Assembly: GCA_002163085.1 (NCBI GenBank)
Contig: MAAJ01000002.1
Coordinates: 22,367 to 86,366 of the forward strand
DNA from: Methylophaga sp. 42_25_T18
GTDB lineage: Bacteria > Pseudomonadota > Gammaproteobacteria > Nitrosococcales > Methylophagaceae
Reading direction: 5' to 3'
DNA length: 64,000 nucleotides
Position numbers and translations under genes: made by a program. The notes under the pieces were generated by a model. That model was not told the DNA's origin. It saw only the letters and a program-made list of their open reading frames with translations, and made no database searches. Shown here one piece after another: positions 48,791-61,019 of the stretch. Positions within the stretch are counted from its first letter, which is position 1, and each line of letters opens with the position of its first letter.

Positions 48791-49849
48791 GTGGAAAAGT
48801 GGGAGCAACGTAGCCTAATTACCTTCACTCGCCTGTGGAAGCAAGTAGCCGCACTCTTAATTACGTTCATTATTCTAATATTCTCCGTTAGTTTTAGTTT
48901 TACCTCATTAACTGAAGTCAATTATCGCGCCAAACTCACGGATACCAGAAATTCTCTGGTGCTCGAACTCATTGAACAACTCTCCATTGAGGCATTGATT
49001 ATTGAAGATAGTATCAGCTTGCGATCTAATTTAAACAATCTTATCCGGAGTTTACCAGAGATTTTATTCGTCGAGATTAAGAATGAAAATGGAGAGATTA
49101 TTGCCAGTGTGTCTCGGCTGCTACTTGATAATAATAAACAGTTGATAAGTATCAGTAACTCAATCAAGTTTGAAGAAGAGCTCTTTGGTTATATCCACTT
49201 TAAGCGTGACCCTAGCCAAGATGTTATTGGATTAGCTCATCCCTTGAGCCAACTCCACTGGAACTACGTTGTTTTCAGTTCAATAATTCTAATTTTGACG
49301 CTAATTTTCCTGTATTTTAGCTTAAGGCCTTTATTTTTGAAGTCGATTAACGACTCAATGCATGATTCACTTACCAACATTCCCAACCGCAAGATGTTCG
49401 ACGAAGTGGCTAATGTTCAGGTGGCCTATGCTAAACGTAACCGGATCAATATTGGATTAATCTTAATAGACATCGATTTTTTCAAGCAATTTAATGACAA
49501 CTACGGACATAGCAAGGGCGACGAATGTCTGAAACAAGTTGCTCGATCCCTGATGTCGTCTGCTGAAAGAGAAAGTGATGTGGTTGCCCGCGTGGGTGGT
49601 GAAGAATTTGCTATCTTCATTTCTGGCAATGATTGTGATGTAAAAACTCTTGCCGAAAAGTGTCGACGTAATATTGAGAAACTTGCACAGCCTCATCAGT
49701 TTTCTGCCTGTGCCAATGTTATCACTATCAGTGCTGGCTTTGTTGAATGCGTTTCTTCTCCACATCTAAAGCTTAGTGAGCTATACGCTAGAGCCGATAA
49801 AGCCCTTTATCGAGCCAAAGGTAATAGCCGTAACAGTATCAGTCAATAA
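48791..49849 (+). CDS. Membrane diguanylate cyclase (GGDEF)
   Basis: Two TM helices flank a periplasmic loop. GGEEF active site (VGGEEFAI). Confidence 0.85.
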   Translation: MEKWEQRSLITFTRLWKQVAALLITFIILIFSVSFSFTSLTEVNYRAKLTDTRNSLVLELIEQLSIEALIIEDSISLRSNLNNLIRSLPEILFVEIKNENGEIIASVSRLLLDNNKQLISISNSIKFEEELFGYIHFKRDPSQDVIGLAHPLSQLHWNYVVFSSIILILTLIFLYFSLRPLFLKSINDSMHDSLTNIPNRKMFDEVANVQVAYAKRNRINIGLILIDIDFFKQFNDNYGHSKGDECLKQVARSLMSSAERESDVVARVGGEEFAIFISGNDCDVKTLAEKCRRNIEKLAQPHQFSACANVITISAGFVECVSSPHLKLSELYARADKALYRAKGNSRNSISQ

Positions 49850-49929
49850 CACTCCAATAATCATGTTCCAGACGCCACATAACAGCCAAAAATTGAATGC
49901 TAGTTCTCAACGACGAAATAAATGATGTT

Positions 49930-50193
49930 TTACAATAAAAAAAATAAACGGGTCTCCTTCTCTAGCATCTGAGGTGGTCCTAGCGACTTACTGTAGTCGG
50001 CTACATACCGAGACAAATATCGGGGGGCAATGCTTTGATTACTGCTAGTAGCATATTGTGGCTCAGCCTGAACTAGATCTATGCGATCGTCCATAGCGGC
50101 CACAGTAGCTTTTTTAGCAACAACATTAGCTACGGTATTGGCGAGCATGATTACAACAAAGGTAAATGCAAATTTGCGTACAATAAAGGGCAC
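49930..50193 (-). CDS. Hypothetical small protein (doubtful)
   Basis: Track ORF only. GTG start with no clear RBS. Hydrophobic N-terminus. Confidence 0.2.
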   Translation of the reverse strand: MPFIVRKFAFTFVVIMLANTVANVVAKKATVAAMDDRIDLVQAEPQYATSSNQSIAPRYLSRYVADYSKSLGPPQMLEKETRLFFLL

Positions 50194-50330
50194 AGGTTTA
50201 TTTTAGGTAAAAATGAAAGTTGAACAGAACTATTTTCATTGTTTTGCTATGAGATATATATAGTGTATAGTACGCCGCTGCAACGGTTCACACGAGATTT
50301 GGTTTTTCTAGTGTTTACTTAATTTTATTT

Positions 50331-50356
50331 AAAAGCACTTGAGAAGTGCTTTTTTG
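50331..50356 (+). terminator. Terminator-like hairpin inside the thrS leader
   Basis: AAAAGCACTT-gag-AAGTGCTTTT followed by TT. Ends 44 nt upstream of the thrS ATG. Confidence 0.45.
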
Positions 50357-50399
50357 GTTTTTACGGCCCTTTGTATCGGCCACAACCATGGAACATGAC

Positions 50400-52328
50400 A
50401 TGATTTCTATTACGCTCCCAGATGGCAGCCAACGCCAGTTTGAAAATCCCGTTACTATTTTTGATGTTGCCAGTGATATTGGTGCAGGCTTAGCGCGTGC
50501 AGCAGTGGCTGGCACAATTGATGGAGTGTTATCTGATACCTGCACATTAATTGAGCAAGATGCTGTTGTATCTATCATTACTGCCAGAGATGATGATGGC
50601 GTAGATATTATCCGTCACACAACCGCTCATTTATTTGGTCACGCAGTCAAACAGTTATTCCCAGAAACTAAGATGGTTATTGGTCCGGTTATTGATGAAG
50701 GTTTTTATTACGATGTTCATAGCGAGCACCGTTTTACTCCTGAAGACTTAATCACCATTCAAAAGCGGATGGAAGAGTTGGCTAAAACAGGTTATGACGT
50801 TGTTAAAAAGATGACGCCAAAATCTGAAGCTAGAGCTATGTTTGATGAGCGTGGTGAAGAATATAAAGTACGATTGATTGATGATATGGATGACTCTATT
50901 ACAGACGTTGGTTTGTATCATCATGAAGAATACCTTGATATGTGTCGTGGTCCACATTTGCCGAATATGTCGTTTTGTAAGGCCTTTAAGCTGACTAAGC
51001 TGGCGGGTTCGTATTGGCGTGGTGATGCTAATAATGAAATGCTACAACGTATTTACGGTACTGCTTGGGCTGATAAAAAAGCATTAAAAGCATATTTTCA
51101 TCGTATCGAAGAAGCAGAGAAACGTGATCATCGTAAAATTGCTAAAAACTTAGATTTATTTCATCTGCAAGAAGAAGCACCTGGCATGATCTTTTGGCAT
51201 GACAATGGTTGGCGTATTTATCGCGAAGTAGAAAACTATATTCGTGATGTATTACAACAAAATGATTATCAAGAAGTACGTACCCCACAAGTAGTTGATC
51301 GTTCTTTATGGGAAAAGTCGGGTCACTGGGATAAGTTTGGTGACATGATTTTCACCACTGAAACAGAGAACCGTGATTACGCTATTAAACCGATGAACTG
51401 TCCGTGTCATGTGCAGATCTTTAATCAAGGTTTAAAAAGCTACCGTGATTTGCCTCTACGTATGGCTGAGTTTGGCTCATGTCACCGTAATGAGCCATCA
51501 GGCACCTTGCATGGTTTAATGAGACTGCGTGGCTTTACGCAAGATGATGCGCATATCTTTTGTACTGAAGACCAAATTCAAGCTGAAGTATCGACCTTTA
51601 TTGATTTGTTACAAAATGTGTACGCAGACTTTGGCTTTAATGAAATCATCATTAAGTTATCAACGCGGCCTGAAAATAGAGTGGGCAGTGATGAGGTTTG
51701 GGACAAAGCAGAGCAGTCATTAGAAAAAGCATTGAATGCCAAAGGTTTGGATTGGGACCTGCAACTGGGTGAAGGGGCATTTTATGGCCCTAAAATTGAG
51801 TTCTCCTTAAAAGATTGCTTAGACCGTGTTTGGCAGTGCGGTACGATTCAAGTCGATTTCTCCATGCCGGATCGTTTAGATGCGACGTATATTGCGGATG
51901 ATGGCAGCAAACAAGTGCCGGTGATGTTGCATCGCGCAATTCTTGGCTCACTAGAGCGCTTCATCGGAATATTGATTGAAGAATACGCTGGATCGTTCCC
52001 AACTTGGTTGGCTCCACGCCAAGTTGTGGTGATGGGAATCAGTCAAAATCAGTCAGAATATGCTCAAAAAGTGACTAAAGAATTGCAAGATAAAGGCATT
52101 AGAGCTGATATAGACTTGAGAAATGAGAAGATTGGCTTTAAAATACGCGAGCATACATTGCGCCGTGTTCCTTATTTAGTTGTTGTTGGGGAACGAGAAG
52201 CGCAGGAAAACGCCGTGGCAGTACGTACTCGCAAGGGGAAAGATTTAGGTGCAATGACACTTGATGACTTCGTTAACACCTTGAATGAAGACGTCGCTAG
52301 CCGCGGTCGAATTACTTTAGAGGATTAA
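50400..52328 (+). CDS. thrS: Threonine--tRNA ligase
   Basis: Alignable along its whole length to the E. coli ThrS sequence as I recall it ([11 protein letters not shown]...). An alternative ATG is at 50388. Confidence 0.95.
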   Translation: MISITLPDGSQRQFENPVTIFDVASDIGAGLARAAVAGTIDGVLSDTCTLIEQDAVVSIITARDDDGVDIIRHTTAHLFGHAVKQLFPETKMVIGPVIDEGFYYDVHSEHRFTPEDLITIQKRMEELAKTGYDVVKKMTPKSEARAMFDERGEEYKVRLIDDMDDSITDVGLYHHEEYLDMCRGPHLPNMSFCKAFKLTKLAGSYWRGDANNEMLQRIYGTAWADKKALKAYFHRIEEAEKRDHRKIAKNLDLFHLQEEAPGMIFWHDNGWRIYREVENYIRDVLQQNDYQEVRTPQVVDRSLWEKSGHWDKFGDMIFTTETENRDYAIKPMNCPCHVQIFNQGLKSYRDLPLRMAEFGSCHRNEPSGTLHGLMRLRGFTQDDAHIFCTEDQIQAEVSTFIDLLQNVYADFGFNEIIIKLSTRPENRVGSDEVWDKAEQSLEKALNAKGLDWDLQLGEGAFYGPKIEFSLKDCLDRVWQCGTIQVDFSMPDRLDATYIADDGSKQVPVMLHRAILGSLERFIGILIEEYAGSFPTWLAPRQVVVMGISQNQSEYAQKVTKELQDKGIRADIDLRNEKIGFKIREHTLRRVPYLVVVGEREAQENAVAVRTRKGKDLGAMTLDDFVNTLNEDVASRGRITLED

Positions 52329-52848
52329 AAAAATCGCTACTGATGATAAAAGGCTGAATGGAGAAATCACAGCCAGAGAAGTGCGCCTAACCGGCGCTGA
52401 CGGTGAGCAAGTTGGAGTTGTTCCATTAGCGCAAGCTATGGCGCTCGCTGAAGAAGCGGATTTAGATTTGGTGGAGATATCTGCACAGGCATCGCCACCA
52501 GTTTGTCGTATCATGGATTACGGCAAGTATGTGTTTGAAGCTAATAAGCAAAAGCAAATTGCTAAGAAAAAGCAAAAACAGATACAAGTTAAGGAGATCA
52601 AATTTAGACCAGGGACAGAAGAAGGGGATTACCAGGTAAAACTACGCAACCTGACACGTTTCCTTGAAGAGGGTAATAAGACTAAAGTTAGTCTTCGATT
52701 CCGCGGCCGCGAAATGGCACATCAGGACTTAGGATTAAAGTTACTTGAACGAGTAGCTGAAGATCTAAAAGAACTGTCTGTTGTCGAACAGCGTCCTAAG
52801 AAAGAAGGCCGACAAATGATTATGGTTTTAGCACCTAGTAAAAAATAG
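52324..52848 (+). CDS. infC: Translation initiation factor IF-3 (ATT start)
   Basis: The frame opens after TAG at 52318-52320, and the IF-3 N-terminus (..[15 protein letters not shown]) precedes any ATG or GTG. ATT at 52324 overlaps the thrS stop. Confidence 0.85.
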   Translation: MKKIATDDKRLNGEITAREVRLTGADGEQVGVVPLAQAMALAEEADLDLVEISAQASPPVCRIMDYGKYVFEANKQKQIAKKKQKQIQVKEIKFRPGTEEGDYQVKLRNLTRFLEEGNKTKVSLRFRGREMAHQDLGLKLLERVAEDLKELSVVEQRPKKEGRQMIMVLAPSKK

Positions 52849-52884
52849 ACACATTAACAATATTTAACGAATGCGGAGTTCGAA

Positions 52885-53082
52885 ATGTCAAAATTAAAAA
52901 CACACAGAGGTGCTGCGAAGCGCTTCAAAGTCACCGGTAGTGGTAAGTTCAAACGTTCACAAGCGTTTACTAGTCATATCCTTACTAAGAAAAGCACTAA
53001 GCGGAAACGCCAGTTGCGAGCTACATTGATCGTTTGTAAAGCCGATCATCGTTCAGTTCGTAAAATGTTGCCAAATCTATAA
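52885..53082 (+). CDS. rpmI: 50S ribosomal protein L35
   Basis: 65 aa, begins [15 protein letters not shown]. Confidence 0.95.
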   Translation: MSKLKTHRGAAKRFKVTGSGKFKRSQAFTSHILTKKSTKRKRQLRATLIVCKADHRSVRKMLPNL

Positions 53083-53097
53083 TTAAGGAGTTATCTC

Positions 53098-53457
53098 ATG
53101 CCTAGAGTTAAACGCGGTGTAACCGCCCATGCCCGTCACAAAAAAGTAATCAAGCAAGCTAAAGGTTATAGTGGCCGTCGTAAAAACGTATATCGTGTTG
53201 CCGTACAAGCGGTAACTAAAGCGGGTCAATATGCATACCGTGATCGTCGTCAGAAGAAACGTACTTTCCGTACTTTATGGATTGCACGTATCAATGCTGG
53301 TGCACGTGAATGTGGTTTGTCATACAGCCGCTTGATTGATGGACTGAAAAAAGCTGCGATTGAAATCGATCGTAAAGTGCTTGCTGATTTAGCCATGAAT
53401 GACAATGCTGCATTTGTAGTTATTGCTGAAAAGGCCAAAGCTGCACTAGCAGAGTAA
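53098..53457 (+). CDS. rplT: 50S ribosomal protein L20
   Basis: 119 aa, begins [16 protein letters not shown]. Confidence 0.95.
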   Translation: MPRVKRGVTAHARHKKVIKQAKGYSGRRKNVYRVAVQAVTKAGQYAYRDRRQKKRTFRTLWIARINAGARECGLSYSRLIDGLKKAAIEIDRKVLADLAMNDNAAFVVIAEKAKAALAE

Positions 53458-53497
53458 AAACATCTGCCGTTTAGTTAGACGGTAGTTGTACTGATAG

Positions 53498-54598
<1,101 letters not shown>

Positions 54599-54615
54599 TC
54601 TTGAGATAGTTTGCA

Positions 54616-56991
54616 ATGAAGTTTAGCGAAAAATGGTTACGTGAATGGGTTAACCCTGATCTTGATAGCACTGCACTAGTCGAAAAACTAACTCAAGCAG
54701 GGTTGGAAGTTGATGCAATTGAGCCTGTCGCAGGTGAATTTAAAGGTGTAGTAGTCGGACAAGTATTGTCCGTTGATGCCCATCCCGATGCAGATAAATT
54801 ACGTCTCTGTCAGGTTGATGTGGCCGCTGATGAACCTTTGTCTATTGTTTGTGGTGCCGCTAATGTGCGTCAGGGTTTAAAAATACCAGTTGCTGTTATT
54901 GGCTCAGTATTGCCGGGAAATTTCAAAATTAAAAAAGCCAAACTTCGCGGTGTTGAGTCATTTGGCATGTTGTGCTCAGAAAAAGAGCTGGGTTTAGCGG
55001 AAAGTGCAGATGGTTTGATGGAGTTGGTCGAGGATGCACCTGTTGGTAGCAATATCCGTGATTATCTCAACTTAGATGATGTCTCGATTGACGTTGATTT
55101 AACACCCAATAGAAGTGATTGTTTAGGCGTGGCTGGTATTGCTCGTGAAGTGGGTGTATTGACCGGTTGTGATGTTACTTCCTTGACACAAGATGCAATT
55201 ACCGAACAAAGCCAAAAAACAGTAGCTGTACAAGTAGAAGATACTCAAGCTTGCCCACGTTATTTGGGTCGAGTTATTGAAAATATTGATGTTAATGCGC
55301 TTACTCCTGTGTGGATGCAAGAAAAATTGCGCCGCAGCGGTTTGCGTAGTATTAGTCCTGTTGTCGATGTGACCAACTATGTGATGTTGGAGCTTGGCCA
55401 GCCGATGCATGCATTTGATTTATGCAAGCTTAATGGTGATATTACTGTTAGAGCTGCAAAACAAGGTGAGCTCTTAACCTTGTTGGATAGCCAAGAAATC
55501 ACTGTTAATGACAATACATTGCTTATCACGGATCAATCTGGACCTTTAGCTTTAGCCGGTATTATGGGTGGGCAGGATTCAAGTGTTGATAACCAAACTA
55601 AAGATTTATTTTTAGAAGCGGCGTTTTTTAGCCCGACGAGCATTGCAGGACGAGCCCGTAGTTACGGTCTACATACTGACTCGTCCCATCGTTTTGAGCG
55701 TGGCGTTGATCCAGAACTAGCTAAAGTAGCAATGGACCGTGCGACTTCTTTATTATTATCAATCGTAGGTGGTGATGCCGGAGCAATTACTGAAGTTACT
55801 ACTGAAGCTGATATGCCTCAAAAGCAAACGATTAATTTACGTGCAGCTCGAATCAAACGTGTATTAGGCATTGCGATTGAAGCTGAGCAGGTTGAAGAAC
55901 AACTCACCCGTTTAGGCTTAACCGTTGAATCAGCAGAAGATGGCTGGAATGTTACCGTGCCTAGTTTTCGTTTTGATTTATCGATTGAAGTTGATCTAAT
56001 TGAAGAGTTAGGTCGGTTGTATGGTTATGATTTATTGCCAAATACACGTCCGCAAGGCACCGTGTTAACAACCAATATATCTGAACATACCTTAGCAACA
56101 GAACGACTACAGAATTTATTGGTTGATCGAGGCTATCAAGAAGCAATTACCTATAGTTTTGTTGATCCAACAATTCATCAGCATTTCTTGTTAGAAGGGA
56201 TGACGCCGATCACCTTGGCAAATCCAATTTCTGCTGATTTATCAGAAATGCGCACTTCTTTATGGCCGGGCTTAATTCAAGCATTGGTCTATAACTTGAA
56301 TCGCCAACATGAGCGTGTACGTTTATTTGAAGTGGGCCGGATTTATATTGGTACCACCGATAATATAAAACAGCATCGCCAGATTGGTGGGGTAGTGTGT
56401 GGTAGTCGTTATGATGAGCAATGGTCAGAGAAACAACGTCCAGTTGACTTTTTCGATGCCAAGGCTGATGTTGAAGAGTTATTGAGTTTTTCAGGTGGTG
56501 ATATAAGCTTTGTTGCAGAGCAGCATTCCAGCTTACATCCTGGGCAATCAGCGCGTATATATAAAGATGGTCAAGCCATTGGCTGGTTGGGTGCTTTGCA
56601 TCCTCGTTTAAACAAGCCTTTAGGTTTTGATGGCAAAGTTTATGTGTTCGAACTTGCACTAACAGCGACGTTAGCAGCACAAGTTCCGAGCTTTGAACCT
56701 TTGTCTCGTTTCCCTGCAAATCGTCGTGATCTAGCATTGTTAGTTGACAAAAATATTACAGCGGGTGAAATTGAGCGTTGCCTGAATAGCATTGAATCTG
56801 ATATTCTTAAGTCAATTCAACTATTTGACGTCTATACTGGAGATGGAGTCGAGCTTGGTAAGAAGAGTATTGCCATCGCTTTCCATATCCAACATGGTGA
56901 ACGCACACTTACTGATGAAGAAGTGGAAGCGTTGATGTTAACGATTACGCAAACGCTAGAACAAGAATTAAAAGCGGTTATCCGATCGTAA
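54616..56991 (+). CDS. pheT: Phenylalanine--tRNA ligase beta subunit
   Basis: 791 aa, begins MKFSEKWLREWVNP. Full domain set. Confidence 0.95.
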   Translation: MKFSEKWLREWVNPDLDSTALVEKLTQAGLEVDAIEPVAGEFKGVVVGQVLSVDAHPDADKLRLCQVDVAADEPLSIVCGAANVRQGLKIPVAVIGSVLPGNFKIKKAKLRGVESFGMLCSEKELGLAESADGLMELVEDAPVGSNIRDYLNLDDVSIDVDLTPNRSDCLGVAGIAREVGVLTGCDVTSLTQDAITEQSQKTVAVQVEDTQACPRYLGRVIENIDVNALTPVWMQEKLRRSGLRSISPVVDVTNYVMLELGQPMHAFDLCKLNGDITVRAAKQGELLTLLDSQEITVNDNTLLITDQSGPLALAGIMGGQDSSVDNQTKDLFLEAAFFSPTSIAGRARSYGLHTDSSHRFERGVDPELAKVAMDRATSLLLSIVGGDAGAITEVTTEADMPQKQTINLRAARIKRVLGIAIEAEQVEEQLTRLGLTVESAEDGWNVTVPSFRFDLSIEVDLIEELGRLYGYDLLPNTRPQGTVLTTNISEHTLATERLQNLLVDRGYQEAITYSFVDPTIHQHFLLEGMTPITLANPISADLSEMRTSLWPGLIQALVYNLNRQHERVRLFEVGRIYIGTTDNIKQHRQIGGVVCGSRYDEQWSEKQRPVDFFDAKADVEELLSFSGGDISFVAEQHSSLHPGQSARIYKDGQAIGWLGALHPRLNKPLGFDGKVYVFELALTATLAAQVPSFEPLSRFPANRRDLALLVDKNITAGEIERCLNSIESDILKSIQLFDVYTGDGVELGKKSIAIAFHIQHGERTLTDEEVEALMLTITQTLEQELKAVIRS

Positions 56992-57028
56992 TATTATATA
57001 AGAAATAAAAGATTCTATAGAGGTATAC

Positions 57029-57328
57029 ATGGCATTAACAAAGGCCGACATGACGGAACAACTTTATGATGAGTTGGGATTTAATAAGCGTGAAGCCAAA
57101 GAGCTTGTAGAAATGTTCTTTGAAGAAATCCGTACCGCATTAGAAATTGGTGAACAAGTAAAGTTATCAGGTTTTGGTAACTTTGAGTTACGTGATAAAA
57201 GCGAACGTCCTGGTCGAAACCCAAAAACGGGTGAAGAGATCCCTATTTCTGCGCGTCGGGTGGTTACATTTCGCCCAGGCCAGAAGTTAAAAACGAGGGT
57301 GGATAATTATGCTCGAAGCAAGCAATAA
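57029..57328 (+). CDS. ihfA: Integration host factor alpha subunit
   Basis: 99 aa with MALTKADM...[10 protein letters not shown]...GRNPKTGE. Confidence 0.95.
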   Translation: MALTKADMTEQLYDELGFNKREAKELVEMFFEEIRTALEIGEQVKLSGFGNFELRDKSERPGRNPKTGEEIPISARRVVTFRPGQKLKTRVDNYARSKQ

Positions 57329-57665
57329 CAACGAATTACCAGTCATTCCAGGTAAACGCTATTTCACCATCGGTGAAGTAAGCGAGTTATGTGGGGTCAA
57401 ACCACATGTTTTGCGTTACTGGGAACAGGAATTCACTCAACTTAAACCAGTCAAACGCCGCGGTAATAGACGTTACTATCAGCGCCATGATGTGGTATTA
57501 ATCCGTGAAATTCGTGGGTTATTATATGAACAAGGTTTCACTATTGGCGGCGCTCGCCAACGTCTTGAGACTGATTCGAAGCCTGAAGCATCAGCAGAAA
57601 GTAAAAAACAACTGATTAAAGAGTTGCTGACAGAGTTAGAAGATATTCGAACTCTACTCGTTTAA
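57309..57665 (+). CDS. MerR-family transcriptional regulator
   Basis: 118 aa. [28 protein letters not shown]. Overlaps the ihfA 3' end. Confidence 0.8.
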   Translation: MLEASNNNELPVIPGKRYFTIGEVSELCGVKPHVLRYWEQEFTQLKPVKRRGNRRYYQRHDVVLIREIRGLLYEQGFTIGGARQRLETDSKPEASAESKKQLIKELLTELEDIRTLLV

Positions 57666-57715
57666 ATCTATACTAAGTTTACTCTGCATCTGTTTTTATT
57701 CAGGTGCGAACTCGT

Positions 57716-57792
57716 CGGGGCATGGCGCAGTCTGGTAGCGCACTTGCCTGGGGGGCAAGGGGTCGAAGGTTCGAATCCTTCTGTTCCGACCA
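57716..57792 (+). tRNA. tRNA-Pro (GGG)
   Basis: CGGGGCATGGCGCAGTCTGGTAGCGCACTTGCCTGGGGGGCAAGGGGTCGAAGGTTCGAATCCTTCTGTTCCGACCA. Anticodon loop is CTGGGGG. Confidence 0.95.
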
Positions 57793-57865
57793 ATTAAATA
57801 TCTATGACCATCTAGTTAGTAACAAAATAAATTTCTGTTCTTTCTATTACAGTGGTTAATTTGCA

Positions 57866-58777
57866 ATGCAAAAAATTGCTTTAGATAAATTCCTTATAGA
57901 CCATCAATTACCTCTCCATTATTCTCATACTATTGAAGACTGGTTTTCTTCACTAGCAGAAAAAATTTCCAAGCAACAACAGCAAACAGCAAACACCTTA
58001 GTGCTTGGAATTAATGGTGCACAAGGATCGGGTAAAAGCACCCTAGCTAAGTTATTAGTGCAGATATTTGACCAAGACTTTGCGTTAACAGCCGTTGTAT
58101 TGTCTTTGGATGATTTTTACTACACTGGCCAAGAACGAAAGCACTTGGCGAAAACTATTCACCCGCTATTAAATACACGTGGCGTACCAGGAACACATGA
58201 TATCCCTCTAGCTATCAATACTGTGCAACGACTTTCTACAGCAGAAGACATTTGTTGTATGCCACGATTTAATAAAGTCACTGATGACCGATATGCAGAA
58301 ACGGAATGGGATACGATATCAGGTCATGTCGATATTATAATTGTCGAGGGTTGGTGTTTAGGGGCTCAAGCACAACATCCAGACGAGTTAGTAATGCCTA
58401 TTAACGATCTGGAAGCGAAAGAAGATAGTGAGAAAATATGGCGAAGTTATGTAAATAACCAATTGAAAGTGCTTTACCCAGCTTTATTTTCATATATTGA
58501 TGTTTGGATAATGCTGAAGGCGCCATCGTTCGAGTGCATTTATAAGTGGCGCTTGGAACAAGAAACGAAGCTTCGTGCGACAATCGCTCAGTCGCCGTAT
58601 AGTGAAAAACAAAATCAAAATTTAATGACAGAAAAAGACATTGCTCGATTTATTAAATTCTATCAACGTATTACTGAGCATATGTTAAAAACCTTGCCTG
58701 AAAAAGTAGACTACCTATTTGAATTGAATCAACAGCGTGAGATTCAAAGGCTTATTGATAATACTCATATCGACTAA
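57866..58777 (+). CDS. P-loop kinase (D-glycerate 3-kinase / uridine-kinase-like family)
   Basis: Walker A GINGAQGSGKSTLA. 303 aa. Confidence 0.6.
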   Translation: MQKIALDKFLIDHQLPLHYSHTIEDWFSSLAEKISKQQQQTANTLVLGINGAQGSGKSTLAKLLVQIFDQDFALTAVVLSLDDFYYTGQERKHLAKTIHPLLNTRGVPGTHDIPLAINTVQRLSTAEDICCMPRFNKVTDDRYAETEWDTISGHVDIIIVEGWCLGAQAQHPDELVMPINDLEAKEDSEKIWRSYVNNQLKVLYPALFSYIDVWIMLKAPSFECIYKWRLEQETKLRATIAQSPYSEKQNQNLMTEKDIARFIKFYQRITEHMLKTLPEKVDYLFELNQQREIQRLIDNTHID

Positions 58778-58798
58778 ACGGTATCTGTAAGCTAGTGA

Positions 58799-60403
58799 TT
58801 AGCGTGAGATGGGAAACTCAACCCAAAATGTACTACCCACGCCGACTTCACTGCTAAAACCTATTGTACCGTTCATGATTTCGGTTAAGTTCTTGGCTAT
58901 AGTTAGTCCTACACCTGCACCAGCGATAGTGGAGTTACTCTGTGATAAGCGCTCAAATGGCTGAAAAATAAGGTCAAAGTCTACTTTTTCAATCCCTGGG
59001 CCATCATCAGCTATTGTTATACGAACAGAACTGTCATCTTCAGATGACACATTAATATCGACTCTACCGTTGTTATGGTTGTAAATAATGGCATTGTTTA
59101 AAATGGCAAGCAGAACTTCATTGACTAGATGTGGATCAACGTTAATTTTTGGACAGTTCAGCATGATTGAGCACTTCATTTTCACCGACATAAGCTCTGC
59201 GACTTTTGAGGTGGAATCGAGAGCATTACTTAAAATTACTTGCACTTCATGTCCGGCAATAGTTGATTGAAGTTCATGTTTATCGAGGTCCGTCAGGATC
59301 AGGATCTTTTCAACCATCGTTAATAATATTTTTCCACCTTCAGAAATGCTTTGAAGACATTCTTTTTGTTCATCATCTAACTTTGTTTTTTCGAGTACCT
59401 GCGTATACCCTAGAATAAAGTTTAATGGCGTATTAAATTCGTGACTCATTGATGACAGGAAGGCTGATTTTGCTTGGCTAGCTGCCAATGCTTTTTGTTG
59501 CTCAAGTTGGATTTGTTGACGCTGCTGTTCTAACTCAACCACCACTTTAGAAAATGTATCGACGGCACTCTCGACTTGTTCTATTGATGATGTTTGTTTG
59601 GCATCATCCATAGGTTTTTGGCCTGAGACTATATTTGCAGTATGTAATAGGGATTTGTGAATATAGTCGAGCGCCGTAATGGTGTGTTTTGACACACGAA
59701 AACTAATATAAAAAAGTAATCCAGTAAACAGTAATACCCCCAGCCAAACATTGGTATAGAGTTTATTGTATTTATTTAACTGAAAATCCATAGATGTTTG
59801 AATGCTAGAAAACACGATGGAACGTACGGAAAGCAGTGCCTTATTAACTTTGATATGCCCGTTTACTGTCGACAGTGATAGGGAGGCGGCTTTATTCAAA
59901 TCAACCGAGGCAATTTCAACAGCTGATCGCACGACGATGTTGTATTCAGAAAAGGCTTCATTCATATCTATGATGGCAAGAGAGAGTTGAGTCAGCTCTT
60001 GTTCATAAATATCACGGTCATTGTCGACAATCTCATAAATGATGCCCTCAACATCGACAAGCAAGTTATTGAGGTGGTCTCGAGTTTGATCCAGTTCGTC
60101 AATTATTTTTATGCCGTTGTCGTAAATGTCTTCTTCACTAGCCCCTATTTCTGCCGATAATACTGTTTGTAGAAGGTTTTCTTGTAGGCGATTAAATTGT
60201 TCGATGGTTTGTTCAGTGGCCTTACCTATTTCCTGATGGTGATAGTTAACATCTTGCCAGAATTTTTTATGAGCATTACCCACGTAGACAAAAACGGATG
60301 ACAAGATGGCTAAGATAATAAGTAAACCAAGTGGACCAATATAGAATCGTTGTTTTAGGCCGATTTTATTAAATATAGAGAATGGGCTAGAACGTTTATT
60401 CAT
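58799..60403 (-). CDS. Membrane sensor histidine kinase
   Basis: 534 aa: two TM helices around a helical periplasmic domain. H-box SHEFNTPLNFILG, NAIIYN, GAGVGLTI. Confidence 0.85.
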   Translation of the reverse strand: MNKRSSPFSIFNKIGLKQRFYIGPLGLLIILAILSSVFVYVGNAHKKFWQDVNYHHQEIGKATEQTIEQFNRLQENLLQTVLSAEIGASEEDIYDNGIKIIDELDQTRDHLNNLLVDVEGIIYEIVDNDRDIYEQELTQLSLAIIDMNEAFSEYNIVVRSAVEIASVDLNKAASLSLSTVNGHIKVNKALLSVRSIVFSSIQTSMDFQLNKYNKLYTNVWLGVLLFTGLLFYISFRVSKHTITALDYIHKSLLHTANIVSGQKPMDDAKQTSSIEQVESAVDTFSKVVVELEQQRQQIQLEQQKALAASQAKSAFLSSMSHEFNTPLNFILGYTQVLEKTKLDDEQKECLQSISEGGKILLTMVEKILILTDLDKHELQSTIAGHEVQVILSNALDSTSKVAELMSVKMKCSIMLNCPKINVDPHLVNEVLLAILNNAIIYNHNNGRVDINVSSEDDSSVRITIADDGPGIEKVDFDLIFQPFERLSQSNSTIAGAGVGLTIAKNLTEIMNGTIGFSSEVGVGSTFWVEFPISR

Positions 60404-61019
60404 GAATGTAGTGTTTCCAATCTTGTGGACTAATGTGGGCGACTAATTCTGGTTGGTTTTCAACCGTTAATATATAAATCAACATAGCACCTTCTGGTTT
60501 AGGCCAATCACCGATAGCATCCCGTATATTTGAACTATGTCCAATAATAACGGTATTGTTTTTCCCCTCAGGTTGAGAATGTAACAGCTCTATAAGCCGT
60601 GAGGACCTTTTCTCCCGATCTTGTTGTTGAGTACCATATGAGGATGCTAGCAAGTTATCTGCTTCAGTACGCCCAAACGCTAACCTTGCAGTATCGATTG
60701 CCCTACAGTATGGACTACTTACAATGAGTCCAAGAGGAATATTCAGATTTTTAAATGCCTGACCGATTAAGGTTGCCTGTTGTCGGCCTAAATCAGATAA
60801 GGGACGTTGTAGGTCACAGTTGTTAAGATCTACAGGGAAAGCGCCATGCTTATCATGATCAGTTTCTGTGTGACGAAAGTAAATGATATAACCGCCACGT
60901 TGCAATGACTCAATCAGTTCATCATTAAGTTGGGACCAGCGTTGTTCTGCTACCGAGCTGTCTATGAAGGAGATAAAAATAAGTAAAAATAGGCATATGG
61001 TCTTCCTTGTTTTTATCAT
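60396..61019 (-). CDS. Secreted histidine-phosphatase superfamily protein (SixA/PGM branch)
   Basis: Signal peptide MIKTRKTICLFLLIFISFIDSSVA. Has the RH motif (YFRHTETD) and IIGHSSN. Overlaps the kinase start by 8 nt. Confidence 0.7.
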   Translation of the reverse strand: MIKTRKTICLFLLIFISFIDSSVAEQRWSQLNDELIESLQRGGYIIYFRHTETDHDKHGAFPVDLNNCDLQRPLSDLGRQQATLIGQAFKNLNIPLGLIVSSPYCRAIDTARLAFGRTEADNLLASSYGTQQQDREKRSSRLIELLHSQPEGKNNTVIIGHSSNIRDAIGDWPKPEGAMLIYILTVENQPELVAHISPQDWKHYIHE

